Source: a virus (Duplodnaviria; Caudoviricetes). From it: 34,361 bases of DNA. Position 1 is the first letter of the stretch; every line of letters starts with the position of its first letter. Below the pieces are notes generated by a model. That model was given only the letters and a program-made list of their open reading frames with translations. It was not told the origin of the DNA and did not search any database. Location: IMG/VR virus record IMGVR_UViG_3300047283_000041, positions 1-34,361 of that record; one strand, 5' to 3'. This document shows, piece after piece, positions 18,548 through 27,092 of this stretch. The translations under genes and the position numbers were made by a program.

Positions 18548-20200
18548 TTAGATTAAAGTCTTTCCTTTTTTAATTCCTACGTCAATCTTCTGAATAGACA
18601 GAGGATTACCATTAATATCTGCTTCTAAACCTAGTTGCATGACAGTTCCTTGACCACCTGCATTAACAGAGAAGCGATCTAAAACAATACCTGAGGTATA
18701 TTCAGCAATGTTATACTCTGTAGATCCTGGTATACTATCTACAGTAGAGTTGTTATACTCATATACTACAGCAGTTTCTAGGTTATAAGTAGTAGCTTGG
18801 TAGCCTTCGCTGTAATCAAAGCCCCACTTAATAGCTACAGCTTGGTTAGTACCACCAATCAATACCCAGCCAATCTTCTTTAATAACTTTAAAGAAGTAG
18901 AAGCATCAAAATCAAAGTAATTAGTATAGTACTGTAAACGATATGAAGAAGTGTTGTCAGCATGTCCGAAGTATTTAGCAATATAGCCAGGTTTACCAAT
19001 AAATAAATTTCTATCTTGTGTTACAAAGAAAGCCTTAGGTTCAATACTATCCCAAATAGTTACACGCATAGCTCCATCTTGTAGTGCAGCTCTAGTGTCA
19101 AAGCAGTATACAAACTTAGTAGCAGGAAGCGTTAATAAATAAATAGCATCACGCTCGAAGTAGATACTTTTAATCTTAGTTAGGTCTGTCTCAGAAGCTA
19201 CAGCAGCCATTAAGTCATCACGAACATTTCTAGAGATGTCACGCATTGGCATTGATTTCTCTTGGATTACTCGCTGTAGGCTACGAACTCCTGCATCAGA
19301 CAAGAAGAGAACATCTGTACCTAAGCTCTGCACTGAGTCACGAGCAATACATCCTACGTTGTTTAATACTTCTACTAATGTTAACGCAGCAGTATCTAAA
19401 GGATTAGCGTAGATCGCTGTGTGTTTCTTACCGAAGAATATAATATATCCGTTATGTGCTGCAGCAGCAACTATAGGATCACCATTCGGTATCACTTCTT
19501 GTAGGTTTAAATAACCAGCAGAACCGTTTAAGAAGTCTGTCCCAGCTAGTAAGTCGCTGAAGTACACAGTCTGTGTATCTCCGCTGATACCACCGCACCA
19601 GATTCTACCGTAAGCAGACAACACCCAACTAGGCATGAATGTTGTTGTTGTGTGATTAGAAGGTAAAGTCCCTCCATCACCTACTCGTTGGAATCCAAAT
19701 GTACCGCTATCGTGATCGTGAAACGCTCCACCTGAAACAGGTAGCTCATGATAGATTAACATAGGATGACTAGCCTGTGCTAAGTATACGTGAGGTATAA
19801 AATCAGTTACATCTCCATAAGCCAAGGCAGCACCTTGCCAGCTATTACCAGTAATTGTATATGTAGCGTCACCACTGTTGTCTGTATTGCGTACTGTCTT
19901 AGTAGTCATCGTAGTTGTTCCTACGAATAACTTATTGTTACCAGCACTCAGCACATCTGTACCACCGCCAGTAACTACTTCAAATATAAACTCCACTGGA
20001 TTAGCAGCACCTAAGTCTGTATTGACTGTAGTGTTTACTGGTGTCCATCCACGACGAGCACCGATACGACCATACTTATCAATCACACAGTTCTGTGCCT
20101 TCAGAGCATACCCTGAAGACAACGTAACGCTACTCTCTTGAGTGTTTAATCCGTAGAACCCAGGAGCTGCTATTGAAGCTGTTTGTAGTGGACTAGCCAT
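18548..20200 (-). CDS. Tail hub / nozzle protein (P22 gp10 / T7 gp12-like)
   Basis: 550 aa, beta-rich; APGFYGLNTQ, GRIGARRGW, VGCIARDSVQ..DVLFLS; follows the adaptor. Confidence 0.75.
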   Translation of the reverse strand: MASPLQTASIAAPGFYGLNTQESSVTLSSGYALKAQNCVIDKYGRIGARRGWTPVNTTVNTDLGAANPVEFIFEVVTGGGTDVLSAGNNKLFVGTTTMTTKTVRNTDNSGDATYTITGNSWQGAALAYGDVTDFIPHVYLAQASHPMLIYHELPVSGGAFHDHDSGTFGFQRVGDGGTLPSNHTTTTFMPSWVLSAYGRIWCGGISGDTQTVYFSDLLAGTDFLNGSAGYLNLQEVIPNGDPIVAAAAHNGYIIFFGKKHTAIYANPLDTAALTLVEVLNNVGCIARDSVQSLGTDVLFLSDAGVRSLQRVIQEKSMPMRDISRNVRDDLMAAVASETDLTKIKSIYFERDAIYLLTLPATKFVYCFDTRAALQDGAMRVTIWDSIEPKAFFVTQDRNLFIGKPGYIAKYFGHADNTSSYRLQYYTNYFDFDASTSLKLLKKIGWVLIGGTNQAVAIKWGFDYSEGYQATTYNLETAVVYEYNNSTVDSIPGSTEYNIAEYTSGIVLDRFSVNAGGQGTVMQLGLEADINGNPLSIQKIDVGIKKGKTLI

Positions 20201-20632
20201 TTAACTATTATCTTTCAAATATTGCATAGCAGCAACTAAATTGTCTTGATTTTCTTTTAGCATACCTATTCCAACATTGCAGTGAGAACACAATAGTCCT
20301 CGTATTTTATTACTATTATGACAATGATCTACTACTAATTTTCTTTTTAAATCGTTTTGATCAGTATTACAAATAGCACACTTATTATTTTGTTTTTTTA
20401 ACAGCTCTTGATAATCTTCAACAGATAAACCATAATTATATTTTAATTTATAGTTTGAATTATATTCAGCTATTCTTTCTTTGTTATTCTCTTTCCAATT
20501 ATCAGCTCTACTTCTATCACATTGTTTACAGTAAGATCGTTTTTTATTTTTAGCTTTGGAATCTTTACTAAATAAAGATAAAGGCTTTTCTATAAAACAA
20601 CGCTTACATTGTTTTGCTAATTCCAAACCCAC
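20201..20632 (-). CDS. Endonuclease VII-family HNH nuclease, probable freestanding homing endonuclease
   Basis: CKRC, YCKQC, YGLSVEDY, CAIC, VDHCH..IRGLLCSHCNVGIG; AT-rich relative to the flanks. Confidence 0.9.
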   Translation of the reverse strand: MGLELAKQCKRCFIEKPLSLFSKDSKAKNKKRSYCKQCDRSRADNWKENNKERIAEYNSNYKLKYNYGLSVEDYQELLKKQNNKCAICNTDQNDLKRKLVVDHCHNSNKIRGLLCSHCNVGIGMLKENQDNLVAAMQYLKDNS

Positions 20633-21273
20633 TCGCTTTCCTCTAAATACCGTCCTGATTCAAGTGCTATAGCATCTGCTAAGCTCTGTTTCATTAACTG
20701 ATATGTCTCTCCTGCTTGTACTCCTCCGTCCTCGCCACGCTCTGCCTGAGCCCTTGCAAGAGCTCCTAAGATTACTGGTTCTTCAGGAACAAGAAGTACA
20801 TCAGCGTTAACTGCTAAGGGTACTTGTGGTTTAATAATATTAAAACGAAGGTTATAAGCACCATTAGGAATAGGATATAAATCTACCTGAGTATCTCCGT
20901 TGGAGTTAGTACCGTTAAAGTTATAGTACGTAGGAGAACCCTTCTGAGGAGTTGTCATTAAGAATTGCTGATCCATCCACCTAGTAGAGGCTAGTTCTAC
21001 GAATGCATTCTGAGTATCATTGATAACATCGATAACCCTGAACCTCTGTCCTGAGCCCACTAGAACGTAGTTAAACACGTCTGCTGTAGTGGTAGCAGAT
21101 AGGGTATCAGACAAAGCATTCCAGTTGTAGGAGTCTTCTACGACTCTCTTAGAATCATTGACATATCTAGCGATAAGTTTAACGTAGGCATTATCAGAGA
21201 TTGAGGTAGCCTCTGGCTCACGTAGCCTGATAAGCACGTCATTGACGAGTTGGATATAGTTCATTGATGCCAT
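20617..21273 (-). CDS. Tail adaptor (tail tubular protein A-like)
   Basis: YIQLVNDVLIRLRE, VNDSKRVVEDSYNW, LYPIP, ERGEDGG; synteny. Confidence 0.75.
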   Translation of the reverse strand: MASMNYIQLVNDVLIRLREPEATSISDNAYVKLIARYVNDSKRVVEDSYNWNALSDTLSATTTADVFNYVLVGSGQRFRVIDVINDTQNAFVELASTRWMDQQFLMTTPQKGSPTYYNFNGTNSNGDTQVDLYPIPNGAYNLRFNIIKPQVPLAVNADVLLVPEEPVILGALARAQAERGEDGGVQAGETYQLMKQSLADAIALESGRYLEESEWVWN

Positions 21274-21281
21274 AGTTATAT

Positions 21282-21310
21282 ATTATACCATAAAATTGGT
21301 TAAAAGTCAA
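21282..21310 (-). promoter_or_regulatory. sigma70-type promoter for tail genes
   Basis: Minus strand TTGACT, 17 bp, TG-extended TATAAT. Confidence 0.8.
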
Positions 21311-21318
21311 TACCCTAG

Positions 21319-21564
21319 TTAACAGTCCCACTTCTTTAGAGCAAGTGCCTTACGAGTAGGTCTGCCTTTCTCGTCCTTCATAGCCCCTTTAACACCACTC
21401 ATACGAGCACAGAAGCTCTTACGTCTTCCAGCAGCTTTAGGGGACTTTGCAGCCTCTTTAGCAGAAACTGGGGGCTTCAGGTTAGAGCCTGTCTTCTTGT
21501 TGAAGTAAGCCCTTCCTTTAGCGTTTAAACCACCTTCTGGATTCTGATATACTTTCTTGACCAT
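21319..21564 (-). CDS. Small basic protein (DUF6321-like)
   Basis: GGLNAKGRAYF...NLKPPV...RRKSFCARM...ALKKWDC. Confidence 0.8.
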   Translation of the reverse strand: MVKKVYQNPEGGLNAKGRAYFNKKTGSNLKPPVSAKEAAKSPKAAGRRKSFCARMSGVKGAMKDEKGRPTRKALALKKWDC

Positions 21565-21716
21565 TATCTCTTCTTCGCTGTCTTAGCAGCTTCCTTAAAA
21601 GCTTTAGCCGTAGGAGCACCTTTACTGCCTACCTTACGCATCTTCTCTCCAGATCCCTGAGCTATTCTTTTACGTTTAGCAGCGATATTGGAATACAAGC
21701 CAGGCTTAGTAGCCAC
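21564..21716 (-). CDS. Small basic protein, 50 aa (not in ORF track)
   Basis: GTG start; MATKPGLYSNIAAKRKRIAQGSGEKMRKVGSKGAPTAKAFKEAAKTAKKR*; TAATG coupling to the next gene. Confidence 0.8.
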   Translation of the reverse strand: MATKPGLYSNIAAKRKRIAQGSGEKMRKVGSKGAPTAKAFKEAAKTAKKR

Positions 21717-21840
21717 GCATTGCACCCATCTTCTTAGCTGGCTTAGATACTACCTTAGCACCAGTCTTCTGAGCGTACTGCTTAGCTTGCTTCTTACCCT
21801 TCATTGTATAGGGGAACTTCTTTTCTTTTACCATTGGCAT
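21706..21840 (-). CDS. Small basic protein, 44 aa (not in ORF track)
   Basis: MPMVKEKKFPYTMKGKKQAKQYAQKTGAKVVSKPAKKMGAMRGY*; AAGGAG RBS. Confidence 0.8.
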   Translation of the reverse strand: MPMVKEKKFPYTMKGKKQAKQYAQKTGAKVVSKPAKKMGAMRGY

Positions 21841-21851
21841 AGCTTTTCTCC

Positions 21852-22202
21852 TTAGTTAAACTGTTGTACAGTACTACGTTGCTCTATTTCTACAGTAATA
21901 ATACAAGTACACACAGAACCTGTCTCTGACTGTACTCTGATCTCATCGCCTTCGTCTAATGTTACATAAGCCTGTCCGTCTATTCTGATAAACTCTTTAG
22001 CAGTTAAACCGTATTCAGAAAGTACCTCAATCTCGGTGTTCTCACTCTTGTCGTACCACCACGCACTAAACCACTTAGAAGCTGTGCTATGATTAGATGC
22101 AAAGAGGAGTAACCACTTAGCTATATTTCTAGTAGGTACAGTAAACATAACAGTCTTAGTATTAGCTACTAAGTCTTTGCCTACGGAATGTGGTCTACTC
22201 AT
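21852..22202 (-). CDS. Hypothetical beta-rich protein, possibly structural
   Basis: MFTVP...LDEGDEIRV pattern; in the morphogenesis operon. Confidence 0.7.
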   Translation of the reverse strand: MSRPHSVGKDLVANTKTVMFTVPTRNIAKWLLLFASNHSTASKWFSAWWYDKSENTEIEVLSEYGLTAKEFIRIDGQAYVTLDEGDEIRVQSETGSVCTCIITVEIEQRSTVQQFN

Positions 22203-22351
22203 TTAAGTACCAAGGTTAACAAGGTTATAATAATGAATCCAGCAGTGCCTAGGAGAATCTGTTCTAGTCTCTTTAGTCTAGCGTTAATCTGTTCGTATCG
22301 AACTTTACAGACTTCTTCGTGGCTTAGTAGTTTCAAATCAGATTCAGTCAT
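22199..22351 (-). CDS. Small coiled-coil plus TM protein, 50 aa (not in ORF track)
   Basis: MTESDLKLLSHEEVCKVRYEQINARLKRLEQILLGTAGFIIITLLTLVLK*; ATGA overlaps on both sides. Confidence 0.75.
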   Translation of the reverse strand: MTESDLKLLSHEEVCKVRYEQINARLKRLEQILLGTAGFIIITLLTLVLK

Positions 22352-22572
22352 GGCAAGCTCGCTACATACTCTTTAGCATCAGCCATTACATTTCCATCCG
22401 CATCTTGAAGTTGGGCTTCGTCAGCAAGGATTTGTTTCTTGAAGTTTGCGTAATCGGTGTTGGCTGGGTTACCACGCTGATTAATAGTAAACCCGCCATC
22501 AATGATGCGATTTTTAAACGCAAAGGTATTGGGTGTGCTGACCCCGTTTGTACCATCTATGATTACTGGCAT
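22348..22572 (-). pseudogene. Probable in-frame deletion chimera (fibre N-terminus fused to chaperone C-terminus)
   Basis: FKNRIIDGGFTINQRG joined directly to NPANTDYANFKK...QLQDADGNVM. Confidence 0.6.
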
Positions 22573-22796
22573 TATGCGACTCCTAATTCTTTTAACTGCT
22601 CAAGCGTTGTGGCTTGGTCAGCTAGGTTGGTAATATCTCTGAGCCTTTGCTTTTCAGCTACGATAGCAGTTGTATCCGCACCTGATTCCAATGCCCGTTG
22701 AAACGCTACATCCTGTGCTTGTAATAGCGGAGTGCGTTCTGCTCTTAGGCGGTCCTTAGTAATTACTTTAGCTTTATCAAAATTAATAGTAATCAT
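22572..22796 (-). CDS. Tail fibre assembly chaperone-like protein
   Basis: MITINFDKAK..TKDRLRAERTPLLQAQDVAFQRALE...KQRLRDIT; start moved to 22796. Confidence 0.75.
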   Translation of the reverse strand: MITINFDKAKVITKDRLRAERTPLLQAQDVAFQRALESGADTTAIVAEKQRLRDITNLADQATTLEQLKELGVA

Positions 22797-23125
22797 TCTG
22801 CATACTCCCAAGCGTTTCTAAATGTGCGGTCAGATGGAATGTCTGATGCATCCACAATCTTGTATGGTTTGCCAGCAGGTACATCTTTATTAGCAATCCA
22901 TTGTATAAACTCATCATCAGTTTGGTCTCGATAAATAGCTGGAGTTACAATAACTGTCTCATCGTATGCCAGAGTAACTTCAATTCCATCTTCATTTAAG
23001 ACTGCATCGTGTGTAATTATTTCAGTTACAGCCTTAGATACAAGCACTTGCTGACGAGCCTCTGGTGCTGGTATCAAAATAGATACACCACCATTGTCAT
23101 TAGGGTAGATTATTCTTTGTGTCAT
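22793..23125 (-). CDS. Tail fibre accessory protein
   Basis: RIIYPNDNGGVSILIP...IANKDVPAGKPYKIVD...DRTFRNAWE; directly downstream of the fibre. Confidence 0.75.
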   Translation of the reverse strand: MTQRIIYPNDNGGVSILIPAPEARQQVLVSKAVTEIITHDAVLNEDGIEVTLAYDETVIVTPAIYRDQTDDEFIQWIANKDVPAGKPYKIVDASDIPSDRTFRNAWEYAE

Positions 23126-23136
23126 TATTTGTCCTA

Positions 23137-25131
23137 TTAGCGGAAGAAAGCAGCACCATAATAAGGTGCGTCTACTCTATTGCCTGAATCGTTTTCAGCA
23201 AGAATACGAACTGAAGAGGTTGTTACATAAGTAGAATATGTACCACCTCTAATTGTTGCATTGAAAGAGCCGTTGCCGTCTGAGTCTCTCATGCCAGTAA
23301 GCTGAGTACAATAATTTACATCTGGCATTGCTGTTGTTAAATTGATTGTGTAATCACCAGTTCCGTTATCAGTAATAGAGCTTACATTACCACTACCACG
23401 AATAGCTACAGTACCAGTACCATTAAAGTTTACCCATGCACGACATCCGTATGCAGTAGCAACTGAGCCGTAGCCAGAGTTGAATAACAAATTACCAGAA
23501 GAGTCAATACGCATGCGCTCTGTATTGTTGGTGTACAGGATGTTTGCGTTGTTATTGGTGTCATAAACAATAATTGGTTTTAAACTTGCGCCATCGTACA
23601 TCATCGCTGGGTAGTTATTGTAGTTACCAAAATATGAAGCACCAAACTGGCTTTCTACCCTAATACCACCTGTACCACTAGTTGATGCAACAACAGTAAA
23701 TTTAGAATTAGTTGTCGTGACAGTACCAATACCTACATTACCACTACTATCAATCCTGACACTTTCTACACCACCTTCTGTAAAGGCAATAGTGTCAGCA
23801 GCAGGGAAGAAGATACCTGTATTGGTATCGCCTGTAGTAGTGATAGCGGGGAGTGATAATGTGCCAGCAGAGAATGTAGCTACACCTGTAGCTTCTAGTG
23901 TGGTGAACTTACCTGTAGAAGCCGTTGTAGCACCGATAGTAGCGTTGTTAATTGTTCCACCAGAGATAACTGGAGAAGTTAAAGTCTTGTTAGTTAAAGT
24001 CTGTGAATCAGAAGTACCTACTACTGTTCCAGTTGGAGCAGTCTTAGTAGCCCAAGTATCTAAGTCAGCGTCCCATGCTTGTACGTCTGTACCAATAGCA
24101 ACACCTAAGTTAGTCCTAGCAGTGCCTGTGTTTGTTAAGTCAGATAAATTATTTGCCTTAGCTAAGTAGTCTGCTCCAGATACATAAGCTGCTACCCACG
24201 CAGAGCCTGTATATACTTTCATTACTCCTGATACAGAGTTAAAGTATAAAGCACCACCTACTAAAGCATTACCATCATTGTCTAATGTAGGATCACTGGT
24301 TTTGCTACCAAGATACCGATCATCAAAGTTATCGTAAGCAGTTAGTGTTGCATCTCTAGCTGACTCAGCAGCAGTCTGTGCAGACGCAGCGTTACTTGCT
24401 GAGGTAGATGCTGATGATGCGGAGTTACTTGCGTTAGTTGCTGAGGTACTCGCTGAAGATGCACTAGATGCAGCGTTAGAAGCTGAGGTACTGGCTGAGG
24501 AGGCTGACGATGCAGCGTTACTTGCAGAGGTTGATGCAGCACTTGCACTTGCAGCAGCATTAGTCTCTGCTGTCTCTGCATTAGTCTCTGCAGTCTCGGC
24601 ATTAGTCTCTGCTAGCTCAGCAGCAGTCTGTGCTGTTTGTGCTGCAGTAGCACTGTTGGCTGCATTGGTTGCAGAAGTTGATGCAGCAGACGCAGAGTTG
24701 CTTGCATTGGTTGCAGAAGTTGAAGCACTGCTTGCACTGTTGGCAGCATTGGTTGCAGACGTGGAAGCGTTGCTTGCTGAGGTTGATGCAGAAGACGCTG
24801 AAGACGCTGCGTTAGTGGCTTGAGTAGTAGCTGTAGAAGCTGATGCAGCAGCATTGGTAGCGGATGTAGAAGCAGCACTAGCAGAGCTTGCAGCGTTAGT
24901 AGCAGCAGTCTCTGCATTGGTTTCAGCTGTCTCTGCGTTAGTCTCAGCAGTTTCAGCGTTGGTCTCTGCTGTCTCAGCGTTAGTCTCTGCAGTTTGTGCA
25001 GCAACCTGAGCAGCCTCTGCAGCAGCCTGTGCAGCAATCGCAGCATCTTTAGCAGCTAAAGCTAGTAATACTTCACTTGATGCGTCGCCTACAGCGTCAC
25101 CTGCACCACCTGCTCCACGATAAATAGCCAA
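23137..25131 (-). CDS. Long tail fibre / receptor-binding protein
   Basis: TTG start with AGGAG RBS; Ala/Ser/Thr heptad stalk; FDDRYLG, QTLTNKTL, RIDSSGN repeats; C-terminal CRAWVNFNG...SSITDNGTGDYT. Confidence 0.9.
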   Translation of the reverse strand: MAIYRGAGGAGDAVGDASSEVLLALAAKDAAIAAQAAAEAAQVAAQTAETNAETAETNAETAETNAETAETNAETAATNAASSASAASTSATNAAASASTATTQATNAASSASSASTSASNASTSATNAANSASSASTSATNASNSASAASTSATNAANSATAAQTAQTAAELAETNAETAETNAETAETNAAASASAASTSASNAASSASSASTSASNAASSASSASTSATNASNSASSASTSASNAASAQTAAESARDATLTAYDNFDDRYLGSKTSDPTLDNDGNALVGGALYFNSVSGVMKVYTGSAWVAAYVSGADYLAKANNLSDLTNTGTARTNLGVAIGTDVQAWDADLDTWATKTAPTGTVVGTSDSQTLTNKTLTSPVISGGTINNATIGATTASTGKFTTLEATGVATFSAGTLSLPAITTTGDTNTGIFFPAADTIAFTEGGVESVRIDSSGNVGIGTVTTTNSKFTVVASTSGTGGIRVESQFGASYFGNYNNYPAMMYDGASLKPIIVYDTNNNANILYTNNTERMRIDSSGNLLFNSGYGSVATAYGCRAWVNFNGTGTVAIRGSGNVSSITDNGTGDYTINLTTAMPDVNYCTQLTGMRDSDGNGSFNATIRGGTYSTYVTTSSVRILAENDSGNRVDAPYYGAAFFR
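24340..25050 (-). repeat. Coding 21-bp (heptad) tandem repeats in the fibre stalk
   Basis: AETAETN-type units in two blocks and ASSASTSA(T/S)N-type units repeated many times. Confidence 0.9.
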
Positions 25132-25176
25132 AATTTATCTCCTATATTTGTTTAAATACACTCAGTGAATGTACTT

Positions 25177-25207
25177 AAAGAAAACTCCCCAGCCGAAGCT
25201 GGAGAGT
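25177..25207 (-). terminator. Rho-independent terminator after the capsid gene
   Basis: Minus strand actctccagc-TTCG-gctggggagt followed by tttcttt. Confidence 0.85.
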
Positions 25208-25221
25208 CTTAGGAACTACTA

Positions 25222-26178
25222 TTAGCCGTTGACTGCTAATACAAAGCCAGTCTCAGGACGTACTACTTTAACACCGTAGAGGGTGTCAGCAGTATACAGA
25301 GTAGACAAGTACTCTTGCTTGTACTGAGTTTGGCTACGTACAGACATCTGCTCAGCTAATACCATTGTATCACGGTGAGCCAAGATAGCTGCTTTAACAT
25401 CGCCACCAACGCTGTTGTTAGCGTCAGTCTCAATGATTGGGCAGTTGCTTGTTACATAGATATCGATACCATAGAGCTGACCGATCTGACCGTTGTTTAC
25501 ACCACGACCATCAACGAAATCAGAGCTATTGTAACGATCAATACCCATGATAGCTGCACGTAGTGATGGAGGAACAGCGAAGAAACGACCATCCATTGGG
25601 GTGTCAGCATCGTCCATGAGCTTAATTAAGGCACGGAAGCCAGCGTCAGTGAATACATCAGATGTAGTTACAGTGTCTTCTGCGTAAGCTGTAAGACCAG
25701 TAGATGCATCGATGAAATAGCTGGTGCTGTGTGTCCAGTCAGAAGCGTCACCGTTACCGAAAGACTTACCTAAAGTAAACAAGGTGTCATCAACCTTCTT
25801 AGCCAAAGCATAGCCAGCGTCGTCAGTGTAGAAACGACGTAGTGATGCCAAAGCCTGAACTTCGACGATGTCTTCGATGAAACGTGAGTACTCGAAGTGC
25901 TGGTCAATCGAGACTAATACTTCGGTCTCGGTGTCAGCTTGGATGGTAACTGCTGTGTTTGCTGCTTTAGCTGTTGCTACACCACGTGTTGGCTTAGGAA
26001 TATGGAGCGTATCGCCCTTCTTACCTTTCATGGTCATCTTATTGACCAGGTTTGCCAATACTAGGTTCTTCTGATATGCAGCGATTACTTCGTCAGACCA
26101 GATTTCTGGAATAAACTTGTCTGCTGCGGTTTTGTTAACGATGGATGTTGATCCACCTGGGTATGCGACTGCTGCCAT
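25222..26178 (-). CDS. Major capsid protein
   Basis: FIPEIWSDE, KKGDTLHIP, DAGYALAKKVD, GQIGQLYGIDIY, ADTLYGVKVVRPE; follows the scaffold; strong RBS. Confidence 0.92.
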   Translation of the reverse strand: MAAVAYPGGSTSIVNKTAADKFIPEIWSDEVIAAYQKNLVLANLVNKMTMKGKKGDTLHIPKPTRGVATAKAANTAVTIQADTETEVLVSIDQHFEYSRFIEDIVEVQALASLRRFYTDDAGYALAKKVDDTLFTLGKSFGNGDASDWTHSTSYFIDASTGLTAYAEDTVTTSDVFTDAGFRALIKLMDDADTPMDGRFFAVPPSLRAAIMGIDRYNSSDFVDGRGVNNGQIGQLYGIDIYVTSNCPIIETDANNSVGGDVKAAILAHRDTMVLAEQMSVRSQTQYKQEYLSTLYTADTLYGVKVVRPETGFVLAVNG

Positions 26179-26204
26179 TTTAAATCTCCTAAAATTAAAT
26201 TAAA

Positions 26205-27026
26205 TTAACGTACCCTACCATCTGCGTAAGCTTGGAGAATTTCTTCTGCCATGCTTTCATATTTGGAAGGATCTTGCATTCTTAAGCGAATAAGATCTGC
26301 ACGACGATAAACAGGTTTTGTTGACTCTCCAGTGCCACCTTGTTGGACAGCTGCAGTCTTAAGTGCTTTGCTTCGACTCTCTTCTTCGACCTTCTTCAGC
26401 GATTCGTCAGCAGCTTTAGTAGCTTCTACTTTTTGTTGTTTGACGTTGCGTATAGACTTGTAAGTCTCTAGCAGTTCTAATGCTGAATCTACATCGTAGT
26501 TGTTTGCCTTAGCAAATAACTCCATCCGTACCTTTGATCCTTGAATCCAAGAAGCAAAGTCTTCAGATTGTGCTACACTTAAATAATCAGGATGAGCTTT
26601 CTCAATCGTCTGCAATGCAACCACTTGAGCTTGTTGAGCTTGCTGCTCTTGCAATTGCTTTAAGACTGGGTTATTCGCTACTGCCTGATTCACTGCCTTA
26701 GCAGGGTCTTCGTACCAATCAATCTCTTGTGCTTTACTTGGCTGTGTGTCGTGCTTCTGTTCGAGTTGTTGCTTTAGAAGCGAGTCAGCTAACTTACGTA
26801 CTTCACCAACCTCTTGTGCCTGTCGTCCGATTAACTTCTCGGCTTCTTGATGCATCTTGATAATCTCGTCTAGAGCTTTACCACGATACTTCTCAGGTAG
26901 TTCAGGAGCAGCTTCTACAGATTGTTCTGCTTGTTCAGCAGACTCTGGTGTTGCTACGTCTTGTGTTGGATCAGTGTACTTCTCGTCAGTTACTTCTTCT
27001 TGCAGTTCGATAAAATTAGCAGCCAT
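26205..27026 (-). CDS. Capsid scaffolding protein
   Basis: Acidic N-terminus, PEKYRGK, QEVGEVRKLAD, C-terminal YRRADLIRL...AYADGRVR; directly before the capsid gene. Confidence 0.85.
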   Translation of the reverse strand: MAANFIELQEEVTDEKYTDPTQDVATPESAEQAEQSVEAAPELPEKYRGKALDEIIKMHQEAEKLIGRQAQEVGEVRKLADSLLKQQLEQKHDTQPSKAQEIDWYEDPAKAVNQAVANNPVLKQLQEQQAQQAQVVALQTIEKAHPDYLSVAQSEDFASWIQGSKVRMELFAKANNYDVDSALELLETYKSIRNVKQQKVEATKAADESLKKVEEESRSKALKTAAVQQGGTGESTKPVYRRADLIRLRMQDPSKYESMAEEILQAYADGRVR

Positions 27027-27092
27027 GTATATTCTCCTGTCGCAATGCGATTTTAGGACATTTAAAAAATAGCTCGGTGGTCAAGAGTCCAT

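Noticed and set aside
22348-25131. Diversity-generating retroelement or invertible tail-fibre switch
   Set aside because: No reverse transcriptase, no template/variable repeat pair differing at adenines, and no invertase or flanking inverted sites seen.
25210-25240. T7-like capsid frameshift or read-through extension
   Set aside because: No slippery sequence is evident at the 3' end, and three in-frame stops plus a terminator follow.
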